Of a DNA stretch of 64,000 nt, positions 1 through 11,979 are shown in pieces (the first letter of the stretch is position 1; every line of letters starts with the position of its first letter). Where the stretch lies: contig NC_068998.1 of the NCBI RefSeq assembly GCF_001194135.2, positions 8,452,413 to 8,516,412 of the forward strand, written 5' to 3'. The translations under genes and the position numbers were made by a program. Under the pieces are notes generated by a model. The model made no database searches. It had not been told where the DNA came from and worked only from the letters and a program-made list of their open reading frames with translations. Origin of the DNA: Octopus bimaculoides. Its lineage: Eukaryota.

Positions 1-788
1 TCTTTAATAAATTTAATCTTTATAAAATCTTAGTTTATATCATATGATGCCGTTTGTTATTTTTGAAGTCAAATTCCTCTCATTGCTATATATTCTCCCT
101 TTTTCTCTCTCATTATTTATTTATTTTTTTTTCATTTTGCGAAATTCATTTTGTTTTTGCAATTATATACCTGAAATTTTATCAATTACTGAGTAAATTG
201 TTTTAAAACTTAATTAGTTAAGGTCGTTTAGTTGTAGTCATAATGAAAAACTTAGTAGTTAATAGAATTATATTTATCAGCAAATATATTTATGTATATA
301 ATTACGCTTAAGTATTTCTGCTGCAACTAAAGACAATACAAAAATAAATCAAAGCAACACGAACCCATTTGGCTCATTACATGTTAAAGATTAGCTATTG
401 GCATCCTGTGCTTAAGAGATACGTATAACGACCTTCACACTCACCATGTGTGTGAGTGAGCGAGTGAGTGAGTGAGTGAGAGCGTCATGAGGGGAGGAAG
501 AGAAAGAGTGTGTATATCTTTGGATCTATGTATATTCATACACATACATACAAGCATACACACAATTATATACATACATATATGTATATGTGTGTATGTG
601 CGCGCATGCGCGCGATGCACATATAAATTTGGTATTCGAGTACTACTTTTTCCCCCGTCTTTAGCAGCTATGGGCTTAGTTGTGTATGCATGTATGTATG
701 TGTATGTTTGCACGTACATATGTATATACAAATATATATATATATATATGTATAATATATATATGTATATACATATCTCTCTCTATCA

Positions 789-801
<13 letters not shown>

Positions 802-860
<59 letters not shown>
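802..860. repeat. (TA)n microsatellite within a CT/TA/TG compound tract (about 441-860)
   Basis: Pure TA dinucleotide run. It accounts for the YIYI-type ORFs in the track. Confidence 0.98.
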
Positions 861-864
<4 letters not shown>

Positions 865-1209
865 AAGAAAGCAGAAGCTGCATGTTAGATGAGATGTGAT
901 AAAATATTCACAGGTAACATACCTTCACACCCATTTACACACGACACACACATTTACACGTGGAATGCATTTAAATGAATGCTGATAGTGAAAGTGCTGA
1001 AACCAGATTTTAGGTTCAACATTTTGCTACAGAATGCATCCTTTTAAGAGGTACAGATACGTGAATGTAACCAGATCATGAATCTTATATGCAGCTGCTC
1101 TCTTTCAAGATATAGCATCAGCATCTTACGTTAATTACATCGTGCATCTTAAAATAATAATTTTAACTTACAGGGTCAATCGCTATTATAGTCATTGATC
1201 TTACATTCT

Positions 1210-1345
1210 ATGTTCAAATGATGCGGAGGTCGACTCTAACTTTCATCCTTTCGGAGTCGACAAAATAAGTAACACTTGATCACAGGCTCAATATAATCGA
1301 CTGTCTCACTGACCGTAAAATTTCAGGCTTTGTGGCTATAGTATA
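1210..1345 (+). mobile_element. SINE family C, 3' fragment
   Basis: GGAGGTCGACTCTAACTTTCATCCTTTCGGAGTCGACAAAATAAGTA matches the internal segment of the fuller copies at 20017 and 47978. Confidence 0.8.
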
Positions 1346-1585
1346 AAGGGTTATAGATCTCTTTACATTATGCAGGAAGCGAAATTATAGGGGTTCTTGT
1401 TGGAATTTCTATATTTGATTAAGGAGCATTCTCTGATGAACAACAATAGCAACGAGAACAACGAGGAAGAACTGCAATTATTGTGCATTCTTAGATATAC
1501 TATAACTGAAGAAATTAACGAATCGATGCACGTTTCTAAATTCGCTCCTGTACTCTCTCCAGCCTATTGTGACCCACGCTCTGTC

Positions 1586-2802
1586 TATACTGTCTTTCAT
1601 ATAAATTAATGCAATTTTTGGGAAATGACTTTTTGGGGGGTGGGATGGAAATTGCTTTCCCGCCCTTTTATGAAATTACTGCCTCTACACGTGAACGAAT
1701 TTTATTGCAGCTGCTGCAACCTCCGCTTGTTTGATATTACGTGTCGCACGCACGATGCAGGTCTTCAAACTGTAGACACTCGAGTGTGGTGAAGCATTGG
1801 TCCTTGCTTAAAGTACGCTCCATAAAAAGTAATCGCGATTTGGGCTATTACTGGGCTAGTTGTTGGCCCTCACACAAAATGGCACCTTTTCACCAAGGAA
1901 GGGTTTTGTTCCTTTTGACCCATGGTATGGTGCAGAATCCTTGATAAGAACCACACTGTTGAGCCCAAACTTCTGCGCTATCGAAGGTAACAAAGAGTTC
2001 TTCAGGATGTCCAGATACTCCTTTCTGCCGATCTTCAAGCCAGACTCAGTGAAGTGTAGATCCATGAAAATTCCATCAATCGCCACGGATCCAAATGCCA
2101 TCACAGAGGCATGATTCTAAGTCTCGAACACAGTGGGGACGTCAGAAGGGTTGCGTGCAATCACTCGAGAATTTCTGCAGTTCACCTCAGCATCCACACT
2201 GAACTTCTCGTCCACAAACACGACAGTTTCTCCTGCACCTTGATGCTTGATAAATGATGACAGAAGCCTTGAGAGCATGTCTCGGCTCTGATTGCTTTGA
2301 CCTTGGCTGTTAGGAGGTGACGGCGTCGTCGAACATAGTTAGTAATGTCAAGGTTCCTGTTGACAGTTCTGGTCACCGTGGAAAGGGACACATTGCGTTT
2401 CTTTGCAAGAGTTCTCAAGGATGCAGATGGGTTGGTTTCAATCGAGCGTTTGAGGCCAGCGAGAAACTTTGCAATGCGCTTGGGATTACTTCGACTTTTG
2501 CATTCTTTTCCATCAATCTTTCCCTTTACTTTAAATTGTTAATACACACGATAATCTGTTGCATTTTGAAGTCTCATCAACTTAACAATTCTATTCGCAG
2601 CGTGCCCGGCGCTCTAAAACAACAATGGCGGAACAGTTTTGCTCTACCATGACTTTCTGTTGTTGAGTCAGTTCGCCATTTGCCAGAAATATAAAGTGTG
2701 TGATTAGATTTTCAAACGAGCAAGGTTTTGTCAAAAAACAAAGTGCTGAAGCCATTAAGACAACTGCTTAAAATTGGCCTCAATTTATCTGCAAGACCTA
2801 TA
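1586..2802 (-). mobile_element. Near full-length decayed Tc1/mariner DNA transposon, maT (DD37D)-like
   Basis: Degenerate terminal inverted repeats: left TATACTGTCTTTCATATAAATTAATGCAATTTT (1586-), right reverse complement TATAGGTCTTGCAGATAAATTGAGGCCAATTTT (-2802), both TA-flanked. They enclose a transposase pseudogene. Confidence 0.88.
1650..2650 (-). pseudogene. maT/DD37D-like transposase pseudogene (frameshifts and stops)
   Basis: HTH-like N-terminus (SLRTLAKKRNVSLSTVTRTV), then FVDEKFSVDAEVNCRNSR, HASVMAFGSVA, IKDSAPYH, *PSNSPNRDYFLWSVL and FRSRVEAVI. The literal D-to-D spacing is 34, but SPDLNPLD has lost 3 codons; restoring them gives 37. Confidence 0.88.
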
Positions 2803-3073
2803 TTACTCTCTTTCCTTCAGATTCAATCCTACTCGTCCTCTTCTATATAATAGCCACATACACAAGATCACATATCAACATTTCGTGCAGTTTGCCTTAG
2901 ATACACAAATACATTCCCCCTCCCCCTCTCTCTTTCTCTCTCTTATTCTTTAGCTATCTATTTATTTATCTATCTATCTATCTGTCTATCTACCTATCTT
3001 TCTTTCTCCCATCCTTTTTCTTCCTCTCTGCTGCATAGTGGCCGAGGGATATGTAGATTATACTAAACTATAG

Positions 3074-3104
<31 letters not shown>

Positions 3105-3218
3105 TTCTCACACACATGTCTACACAATTCTGTTCATATACTATTACGTTCACTAACTTCTACATACATATTCGATTCGCATATATACTGTAACAAAACT
3201 GTACCGAAAAACCCATCG

Positions 3219-3255
<37 letters not shown>

Positions 3256-3505
3256 ATGCACGCCCGCACACGCACACAAACACCCATTTATTGACCTACA
3301 ATAACCCCCCACACACACACAGATACACTAATACACCCTAAAGTTCCCATATGCATACACTAAAACACACAGAAACATACACACAAATATATATATATAT
3401 AAATGTATATACATATATATGTGAATATGTATGCACGTATATATGTATATATATATATATATATATTTATAAATATATATGTATATATATATATATTTAT
3501 AAATA

Positions 3506-3639
<134 letters not shown>

Positions 3640-3819
3640 TATACATATATGTATGCATGTATGTATGTACATGCATAATTTAATCACTATGACTTTCCCA
3701 ATCTTCACTTAAAATTCATTTATTATTAAATTAATCTATTAAATCTACTTTTATTTTCTGTTTTTTTATTGACTGTCTTATTGATTGTTGATTATTTTCC
3801 ACTCTCATATTGCCGATGC

Positions 3820-3826
3820 TTCAACT

Positions 3827-3875
<49 letters not shown>

Positions 3876-4180
3876 CTGTTGTTGTTGTTGTGTTGTTTAA
3901 TGATGGCAGCGATAGTGGTGATAGTGATGTACCATACTTGATCGTAGCCGTATTGTTTATTGGAGGATAAGTGGTGCGAAGCAGAGTTGGTAATAGTGTA
4001 GATGGCGTTAGATGACATATTGTGGTGGTGGTGGTGGTGGTGGAAATCCTGTTGCTGGTATTGATGATGATACTGGTATTTGTGGTTGAGCTGGTATTGG
4101 CTTCGTTATTGTTGTTGTTGTTAGTAGGGGTCGTGGCACTCGTGGTGGTGTAGTATTCAGATTTTTTTTTTTTTTGCAGT
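3820..4180. repeat. Trinucleotide patchwork: (GTA)n, (GTT)n, (GGT)n, poly-T
   Basis: Adjacent short trinucleotide runs. Confidence 0.9.
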
Positions 4181-4189
4181 AGCCTTGAT

Positions 4190-4240
4190 AGTGATGACGT
4201 CGACGTTATCACTGTAGTGTTATCACTGTGATGACGCTGT
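4190..4240. promoter_or_regulatory. 24-bp near-perfect palindrome with CRE/ATF-like TGACG sites
   Basis: AGTGATGACGTC|GACGTTATCACT (4190-4213, one G.T mismatch). GTTATCACTGT occurs twice and GTGATGACG twice. The local context is CpG-rich. Confidence 0.3.
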
Positions 4241-4334
4241 TGGCGGTGCTTCACACGTTAGGTTTACGGCGGCGGCGGCTGTGTCATTTGTAGTGGGTTG
4301 TCCGGAAATTTCGTGCCGATTTATAGCAGCTTAC

Positions 4335-4368
4335 CTTTCGACGTATTTGCCATGAAACCACCTCTATT
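4335..4368 (-). CDS. Candidate 34-nt exon (possible start exon M-A-N-T-S-K)
   Basis: Minus strand reads GTTCTCTTCCCAG|AATAGAGGTGGTTTCATGGCAAATACGTCGAAAG|GTAAGC. The evidence is splice-site consensus only; there is no homology support. Confidence 0.2.
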
Positions 4369-4369
4369 C

Positions 4370-4508
4370 TGGGAAGAGAACTTCGTTAAGGGTACACGTG
4401 TCTGTGGAGTGCTCAGCCACTTGCACGTTAATTTCACGAGCAGGTTGTTCCGTTGATAGGATCAACTGGAGCCCTCGACGTCGTAAGCGATGGAGTGCCA
4501 ACAACAAC
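4370..4508 (+). mobile_element. SINE group A tail fragment (tail T1) ending in (CAA)n
   Basis: CGTTAAGGGTACACGTGTCTGTGGAGTGCTCAGCCACTTGCACGTTAATTTCACGAGCAG is identical to about 7347-7406. Confidence 0.9.
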
Positions 4509-4616
4509 AATTCCGGATAAATAAATCCAGTATGTCCTTCCTTTCTTATAAATACCAACTTATGATTCTGCGAAAATCTGGCTATTGTCTCAATAGTGGT
4601 TCCTTCAGACTACAGA

Positions 4617-4652
<36 letters not shown>

Positions 4653-5316
4653 TTTCTTTTACTTCTTATGATATCATACTAATTGATATTTCAGCGTTCA
4701 TGATGTTTTAAAGCGATGTAAATATTTTAGGTCCAAATATAGGTTTTATTATTATATTTTTCCTAGCGCTTTATGTTGGACTAAATTTTTTTTTTGTTTT
4801 TTTTTATTATTATTTGATTTCCGAATTCTGCATCACAAGGAATATTTAATTTTAATATTTCATGAAACAAACTATCATATTTATTTATTTATTATTTATT
4901 TTTTTTTTTTTTTTTTTACTTTTATTTAAAAATTAAGAACGGAGAAGAGTGAATAGTAGTTACTGAGCGAAGGTCGGTCGCTTATGGAGACTTTCAATCC
5001 CAGCAGTTTTGTACGTTACTGCAAACAATTGCAGCATTGTTGTTTACAATACCAGAGAGATACATTCAACAGTTGAAGCAATTATTGCCAACTCAAATCA
5101 AATTGAAGTCAATTTTCAACAGTATTGTACATTGTGCAGAAACAACGGTTTTTCAGAACAGACCTTCTAGGCAAATCCTTTCCTTTTGTTTATATAGGAA
5201 CACGAATTAACATTTAAGAATACCCAATAGCGTTTATAGGAAATGACAAAATGGAAAAACGCACGCAAAACCGCCTCTGCTCACACACATAAACATATAC
5301 ACATACGCATATATAC

Positions 5317-5352
<36 letters not shown>

Positions 5353-5362
5353 NNNNNNNNNN

Positions 5363-5399
<37 letters not shown>

Positions 5400-5596
5400 G
5401 CACACACATGTATATATATAAAAACATATATATACATAAACATATATATAAATATGTATTTGCACATGCATATATATATACATATATGTATATAAATATA
5501 TATACATATATACATACAAATATATATATATACATACATATGTATATATATATATATACACATATTTCTCTATATCCAATTATATATGCCTGTCCT

Positions 5597-5646
<50 letters not shown>

Positions 5647-7152
5647 CCTATATATATACATGTATAGATAGATATAGTTAGATACATACATAGTTACATA
5701 CATACATGCATACATACATACATACACATACGCACAAATACAAACATACCCATATACACATATACATATAACAAAGTGACGGATCTCTATCAAGTATAAA
5801 TATTCAACGTTTAAATTCTAAATTCTTGTTTCTTGAAAGGTAAATGAAATTCTGTTTTGCTTTTATACGTATGCATATGTAAATAAAATATGTACGTTAA
5901 GTATTATTTAAGTAATTTTTTTTTCAATATGCCAAGAGAGACATTATGGAGTATATATGCATGAATACATGTGAAAATACATACATGCATACGCACAAAT
6001 ATATATATATATATATATGACCGAAGGGTGTATCTCGGAGGGGGAAAGATTAATCATATATAAAAAGCTCTTACTAATAAACCTGTGTATATGTATATGT
6101 TAAATGAGATGTACGTATATGGAAGAATGTGTTTCACGTGAATATATATATATATATGTATGAAGGAAAGTGCAAGTATGGAATGCTACAAAATTATGCA
6201 TTCGTATACATATACATACACTCTTGTACGTATGCTAAGATGAGAAGAAACAGAAACAAATACTATTTATATAAATGGAACCGACGAACACACTTTGACA
6301 ATTTGAATAACATGATATACAATTCAGAAATAACTGACTCACTAAAATGAGAACTGGAGGCTAAAATAACGCAAGAATGTATATATTTTCCATTGACAGA
6401 ATATATGTTCATTGCCTAAGACTAAATAAATATTTATATATTTATTCCATATAAATACTTTGGTATTATTATCATTATTGTTGTTGTTGCTTCTGCTATT
6501 TTGTTCCTGCTGTTGTCGTTGTTTTCCCATTTCTTGTTCGTCTAACGACACGTATTGCAAATCGATCCCCTGTGTTTGTTGTTGTTTACATTGTTACACA
6601 AAGTTATATATTGTACATTTCTTATCATTATATATATAAACTGATCTGGACTTTAGGTTAAATTGGGGTTTCCTTAATAAAATCCCCCCCCCCCAATTTT
6701 AGTTTCAAAAGGGAGATGGCGACGTGGGTTGTTCGAACGCTGAAAAGAACACAGTCGTTCGCAGAACAGATCATCCAAATTGCAAAAGTCAGTGACCGCA
6801 GCAGCGGCTGCAACAACAACAGCAGCAGCAGCAACAATAACAACATAGCACGAAAATTGTATGAAAGTAAAACGCACCACCACCAATACTGTCACCTATA
6901 CATCATTAATGAAAAAATACATGAAGATAGAAAACAGACCATGCAAATCCGTTGTTAACGGTTTCGCCGATGCGATGCAGCAAAATCCTCCCCAGGACAT
7001 ATCAATTACTGCTTGTAGTGATTACAAGAAGTGGGTACCGAAACCTCTCAAAGCAGCTCAGACGTTTTCAACTGTCTGACACTTGCGTCGATATATTCAG
7101 CTGACACCTCCTTCAAAATTTCAGGTGTTCAGCCTATATTAGGAAGAATTGT

Positions 7153-7462
7153 GGAGGTGCAATGGTCCAGCGGTTAGGGCAGCGGACTCGCGGTCGTAGG
7201 ATCGCGGTTTCGATTCCCAGAGCGGGTGTTGTGAGTGTTTATTGAGCGAAAACACCTAAAGTTGCACAAGGCTCCGGCAGGGGATGGTAGTGAACCCTGC
7301 CGTACTCTTTCATACTCTGTGTCACGCTGAAACTCCTCGAGAACTACGTTAAGGGTACACGTGTCTGTGGAGTGCTCAGCCACTTGCACGTTAATTTCAC
7401 GAGCAGACTGTTCCACTGATCGGATCAACTGGAACCTTCGTCGTAACCGACGGAGTGCCAAC
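7153..7462 (+). mobile_element. Full-length tRNA-headed SINE, group A (middle M1 + tail T1)
   Basis: tRNA-like head with A box (TGGTCCAGCGG) and B box (GGTTTCGATTCC). Head and middle are near-identical to the copy at 31852, and the tail to 4370. Confidence 0.92.
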
Positions 7463-7469
7463 TAGGAAG

Positions 7470-7945
7470 AATTATTATTATTGTTGCTATTGTTGTTTTC
7501 CTTTACACTCAGGTTGTGTTAGAACTTCTGGAGCCTCATATTCGTAAAGGGCTTGCCAACTGTAGCATATCGCACCATGCTGTCTGTTATTTTCAATTAC
7601 CTTATACTTTCCTGACGATACTTGCCGTGCCAAGGAGGCAAACCTTTTGCAACAGCTCTACAGGGCCCTCTAATCCCATTTTCTTTATATTCCTTTAGAT
7701 GTATTCTGATATTGTCTCCTAGGAACCAACAATAATTGGTATGGTATTCAACTTGTACATGTCTATTTTTCGAATACATTGTTAAATATTTATCGATCAA
7801 AGAGGCACACATCAATTATGGAGCAGAAATAGTCCATCTTGTCTACCACCGCATGATCCAGCCTGCTGTGCTCAAGCACCTGGTCTTTTGGAATTGGGAA
7901 ATTATTCCTGGTGGCGTCTCCTATTCTCAGTTATTTAACTAGCTC
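7470..7945 (-). mobile_element. 3' end of an R4/Dong-type non-LTR retrotransposon (restriction-like endonuclease domain), 5'-truncated
   Basis: Minus-strand translation across frameshifts: FPIPKDQVLEHSRLDHAVVDKMDYFCSIIDV ... TIPIIVGS(L)GTISEYI*RNIKKMGLEGPVELLQKVCLLGTASIVRKV* (stop 7602-7604). A short 3' UTR follows, ending in CAA/TAA repeats. This matches the RPD..D and LQK..LLGTA.I.RKV C-terminal signature. Confidence 0.85.
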
Positions 7946-8119
7946 TGGAGACCTAAAAAAAAACAATCATCACTGAATTAAGAATTCATTGGTTATTAGT
8001 GATACATTTACTCGTTGTTACTGTAATCCATATACAATCAACTGGCAGATATGTGTGTATGTATGTATGTACATGTGTATATATATTCATACCGTCTACA
8101 TACACATGTACATACAGAC

Positions 8120-8340
8120 ACGTAAGATTGTGGTTTCGATTCCTGGACCGGGCGATGCGTTGTGTTCTTGAGCAAAACACTTCATTTCACGTTGCTCCAG
8201 TCCACTCAGCTGCCAAAAATGAGTGACGCTGCGATGGACTGGCGTCCCATCCAAGTAGGGAACACATACGCCATTGAAACCGGCAAACCGGGCCCAGGAG
8301 CCTGCCTAGGCTTTAACAAGGGTGCATTTATTATTTATTT
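8120..8340 (+). mobile_element. SINE group A (CORE-like middle M2 + tail T2)
   Basis: B box GGTTTCGATTCC, then TTCTTGAGCAAAACACTTCATTTCACGTTGCTCCAGTCCACTCAGCTG. Tail GCTGCGATGGACTGGCGTCCC...GGGCCCA.GAGCCTG is shared with 31545-31670. Confidence 0.88.
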
Positions 8341-8402
8341 ATAATATCATAATGAACTAATCTTATACTTTCTTTTACTCAAAGCCAGGAAATTTTCAAT
8401 AG

Positions 8403-8618
8403 TCCCTCGTACACCTACAAAACCTAACAATAACATTTTGACTGTAACAACAACGACTACCAATACGATCACCAGGGCAACCAGAAAGAGTACAACTATG
8501 GATGGCCACAATGATCACAGCGTTCACCAACCTCCACAGACAATCGCAGTACTGACAATCACAACACCAACATCACAAGACCAAGCTACACCGACAATTT
8601 CAACCAATAGGAGCTTTG
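8403..8618 (+). CDS. Candidate internal exon encoding a Thr/Pro-rich mucin-like stalk (alternative acceptor at 8385)
   Basis: TTTTCAATAG| acceptor and TTTG|GTAAGA donor; 216 nt, phase 1-1, open frame. About 21 Thr and 7 Pro in 72 codons with mixed Thr codons (not a simple repeat), plus an NRS sequon. Confidence 0.5.
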
Positions 8619-9103
8619 GTAAGAACATTGTTTACGCTCATTACCACTACATAAAACAAACAGGTATTAGTAGCTTTAGGCCTATGCAAAAACCCACTCC
8701 CTTACACTGTCATAATTTTTGCTACACTTAACAGTAAATTGCTATAAAGATTACTATAAAACCTAAATAGACCGAGAGAGAGAGGGAAAGCGAGACAGAG
8801 ACAGAGTGACAGACAGACAGACAGACTGGAGAATTTCTCTCTCAAAGAAGTGGACGAAACATTCAAACAGTACAACCTCATTTTATCGTAGTAGCTTTCG
8901 ATTTATAATATTACAGAAGGTTTACAAATTAACAACCAAGAAATATTTACCGTTTACTCGTCAACGCCGCCACCTTAATTTCACGTCCAACCATTTTTCT
9001 ACTCGCTACCTTTTATTTACAATATTTTCTTAAAACATATTTCATTGTTTCATTGTCTTGCCAAGTTCTTTGTTGTAAATCGATTGTGAAATTTTCCCCT
9101 CTT

Positions 9104-9141
<38 letters not shown>

Positions 9142-10454
9142 NNNNNNNNNNTTTGTTTTGAGGATTTGGCGATATAAGTAATTTTCTATATCGGTTTCTT
9201 GAATAATATAATCACCTTTTTTTTTACTCTTCTTCAAAAGCCGCCATTATATTATATATTTTGTGATGTATCAGAAAGATTTAGATAGCGTATATATACA
9301 AATATATACATATTAAATGTATATGTGCCTATCTGTGTATGTGTATATATATATATATATATATATGTATATGTATGTATACATACACACACGCATACAT
9401 ATATATATTTAGCAACGATTAAATCACGAAAATATTCAATTATGTCTTCCTGTGTGCGAAAAATGAATTATTTAGTTCAATATTTAATTGTTGAAAATAC
9501 GGACTTGATGAATGGCGTGGTAATGAAAAGGAAATGAAGTGTAAAAGGTTTCTGAAAAACCATTCTAGTTTCAATATTTTACTGAGAAATTTTCACTTTG
9601 AAGTAGAACCCTGAAATACCGCGGCTGGTAATAAACACTTTTGTGTTGAATAAGATTCCGTCTAGTTGTATAATCACAATAGACGCAACAAAAGCAATTT
9701 ACTTCACAGAAGAAAATCATGCTCACGTTCAGCTACAGTTTCTTTTTCTTTGAGCAGAATTGAAGATTTGACGAAGAAGTATGCAACTATTTGATATATT
9801 TTAAAATCTTAGAAAGCATGCACAGACCTTTATAAGGTATTTCTTTATAAAGTTTTATTAAACCACATGTTGCGTTGATTAAATTGTTTTGTTCCAGCTC
9901 AGACATAAGTATACAAACGTCAAAATACTTTTTTAACAAAGAAATTGTGAAGAAACTGATACATATTTATTTTATTTTCAAGAATTACTTGTACTTATTT
10001 TTCAGATTAATGTGTAGAAAGCAACATGTTCAAAATATCTTTTTGTATTTTTTTTTTTTTGGCATTTTTTTGCATTTATTTCTCAATGCGTAAATAATCT
10101 GTTTCTCATATTACAGTAACCATACAGTTGACTTGCATGAAGACATATGTAACGCATTGGATTACTGGGTATCTCTACTTGTATTTTGTATGCAGGAAGA
10201 CAAACCATTAGTTTTATTGATCATATATGTTAGGTTGTTATTTTGAGATGCTTCAAGAATATAATATCAGGAACAAAAATTGTTTCCCTGCTGTTATTTC
10301 CAATAGATGTCACAGAAAACGTAAATCAGCGAAAATTGTTTAGCGAAGAGAAACAGACAGAGACGACGAGAGAGAAACGAAGAAAGAAAGAAAAAAAGAA
10401 TGACGCAGAGTGAGGGAGAAAGGTGGGGGTAAACAAAGAAATAATAGAATCTTT

Positions 10455-10720
10455 CAGGGACTTTCATTCACTTCCGAAACTATACACAGCGGGGTTCCAG
10501 CGCGGTAATTGAATGTACCTCGAAGAAATACTTGACAAATTTCTCTTGAATGACATATTAGGAAGATGCGAAGCGACATAACTAGGATGGTGCTATTGCT
10601 ACGCAGACCGATGTCGTGGACGGAATCCGAAGAAAGATCACTCAAACGATTAGCAGTCAACGACTAACGGATACAATCCAGCATCTTCTCAACTCATGTG
10701 ACATCTCGGCTCTCTGACAT
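10455..10720 (+). mobile_element. Decayed non-LTR reverse transcriptase fragment
   Basis: SETIHSGVP(Q)G ... KFLLNDIL ... CYAD(D)VV in the correct order and spacing, with two frameshifts and stops. Confidence 0.6.
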
Positions 10721-11429
10721 TCCAGTTGATACCATAATGAACTCTGCCACTCGGAGATAGCTAATCTCATGCCACCGCCGACGTTGAAGGATAACTGTCT
10801 CGCTTCTCTTTGCCACGTGCGTCATCAATGTTGTATTTTGTGGCAACTACACCCGTCTTTTATGGCCCCGCGCTAACCTCTATGCCTTGTCCTTTCCTCC
10901 CCAGAAGACCGACCATTTGGAATCTACTCCTTTCTCTTATTTATTTGTACAACTGTTAATCTGTATCAGATTAAACGGACGCGGCATTAACAGCATCAAA
11001 CTCCACCGGTCTCGGAAGGACAGCAAAGACCGTGGGTGCCTCTATCTTCCCTCATAAAATTATACGCATGAAAAAATGGAAAAATAATACAAAAGCATCA
11101 CCCACACGCATAACAAAAGGCACACACATATAACAAATACAACGTATAACAAAGCGCAGATTCTCCCTTTCTATTTCCGTTTCTGTCATGCACACACGCA
11201 CACACACACACGCACACACGACAATGTACGCAATGTACATAAGGTTGCAAATTACTGAATATTCAGCTGAGTAAAAGTATCAAGGAAAAAGCCTTGTCGT
11301 ATTTAGTTATCTAAAACTATATATTTATATTTATTTTATACTGTGAAACTTAATTTAATTTTAATTTTTAATAAATTGATTCCAATGGAGTTTTTACCTG
11401 TAATTTTGGATTTTATCCCTTATATATAT

Positions 11430-11624
11430 ATATATATATGTAGATGTATACCTGTGTGTACATAGATATATATATATATATATATAGATGTATACCTGTG
11501 TGTACATATACATATATATAGATGTATACCTGTGTGTACATATANNNNNNNNNNNNNNNNNNNNNNNNNNNNNNNNNNNNNNNNNATATATATATATATA
11601 TATATATATAGATGTATACCTGTA

Positions 11625-11630
<6 letters not shown>
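11430..11630. repeat. Complex satellite: AGATGTATACCTGTGTGTACA units separated by variable (TA)n, spanning a gap
   Basis: The motif recurs at about 11442, 11486, 11520 and 11610. Confidence 0.85.
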
Positions 11631-11660
<30 letters not shown>

Positions 11661-11750
11661 CATACATATCTATATATACATACACAGATATATATATGTA
11701 TACATATATGTATACATACATATCTATATATACATACAGATATATATATG

Positions 11751-11792
<42 letters not shown>

Positions 11793-11979
11793 CTTATATA
11801 TACTTCTAATATAAAAATAAAATTTTATTTAAAAATTTTATCAGTGGCCAGGATATGAAAAATACCTTTTGAGGTAAAATTTTAAATATATGTACATATA
11901 ATCATGTATGTATGTATGTATGTATCATGCCATTTAAGACCTTAGACATGAACGACTGACAAAGCGAATGAGTGAAATA

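Noticed and set aside
5130-5170. Nanos-like CxxCRNNG motif
   Set aside because: A stop codon follows before the His and remaining Cys ligands; probably coincidence.
7153-7230. tRNA gene (also 31775-31852)
   Set aside because: The tRNA-like sequence continues directly into SINE body and tail shared among copies, and no complete cloverleaf could be folded by eye.
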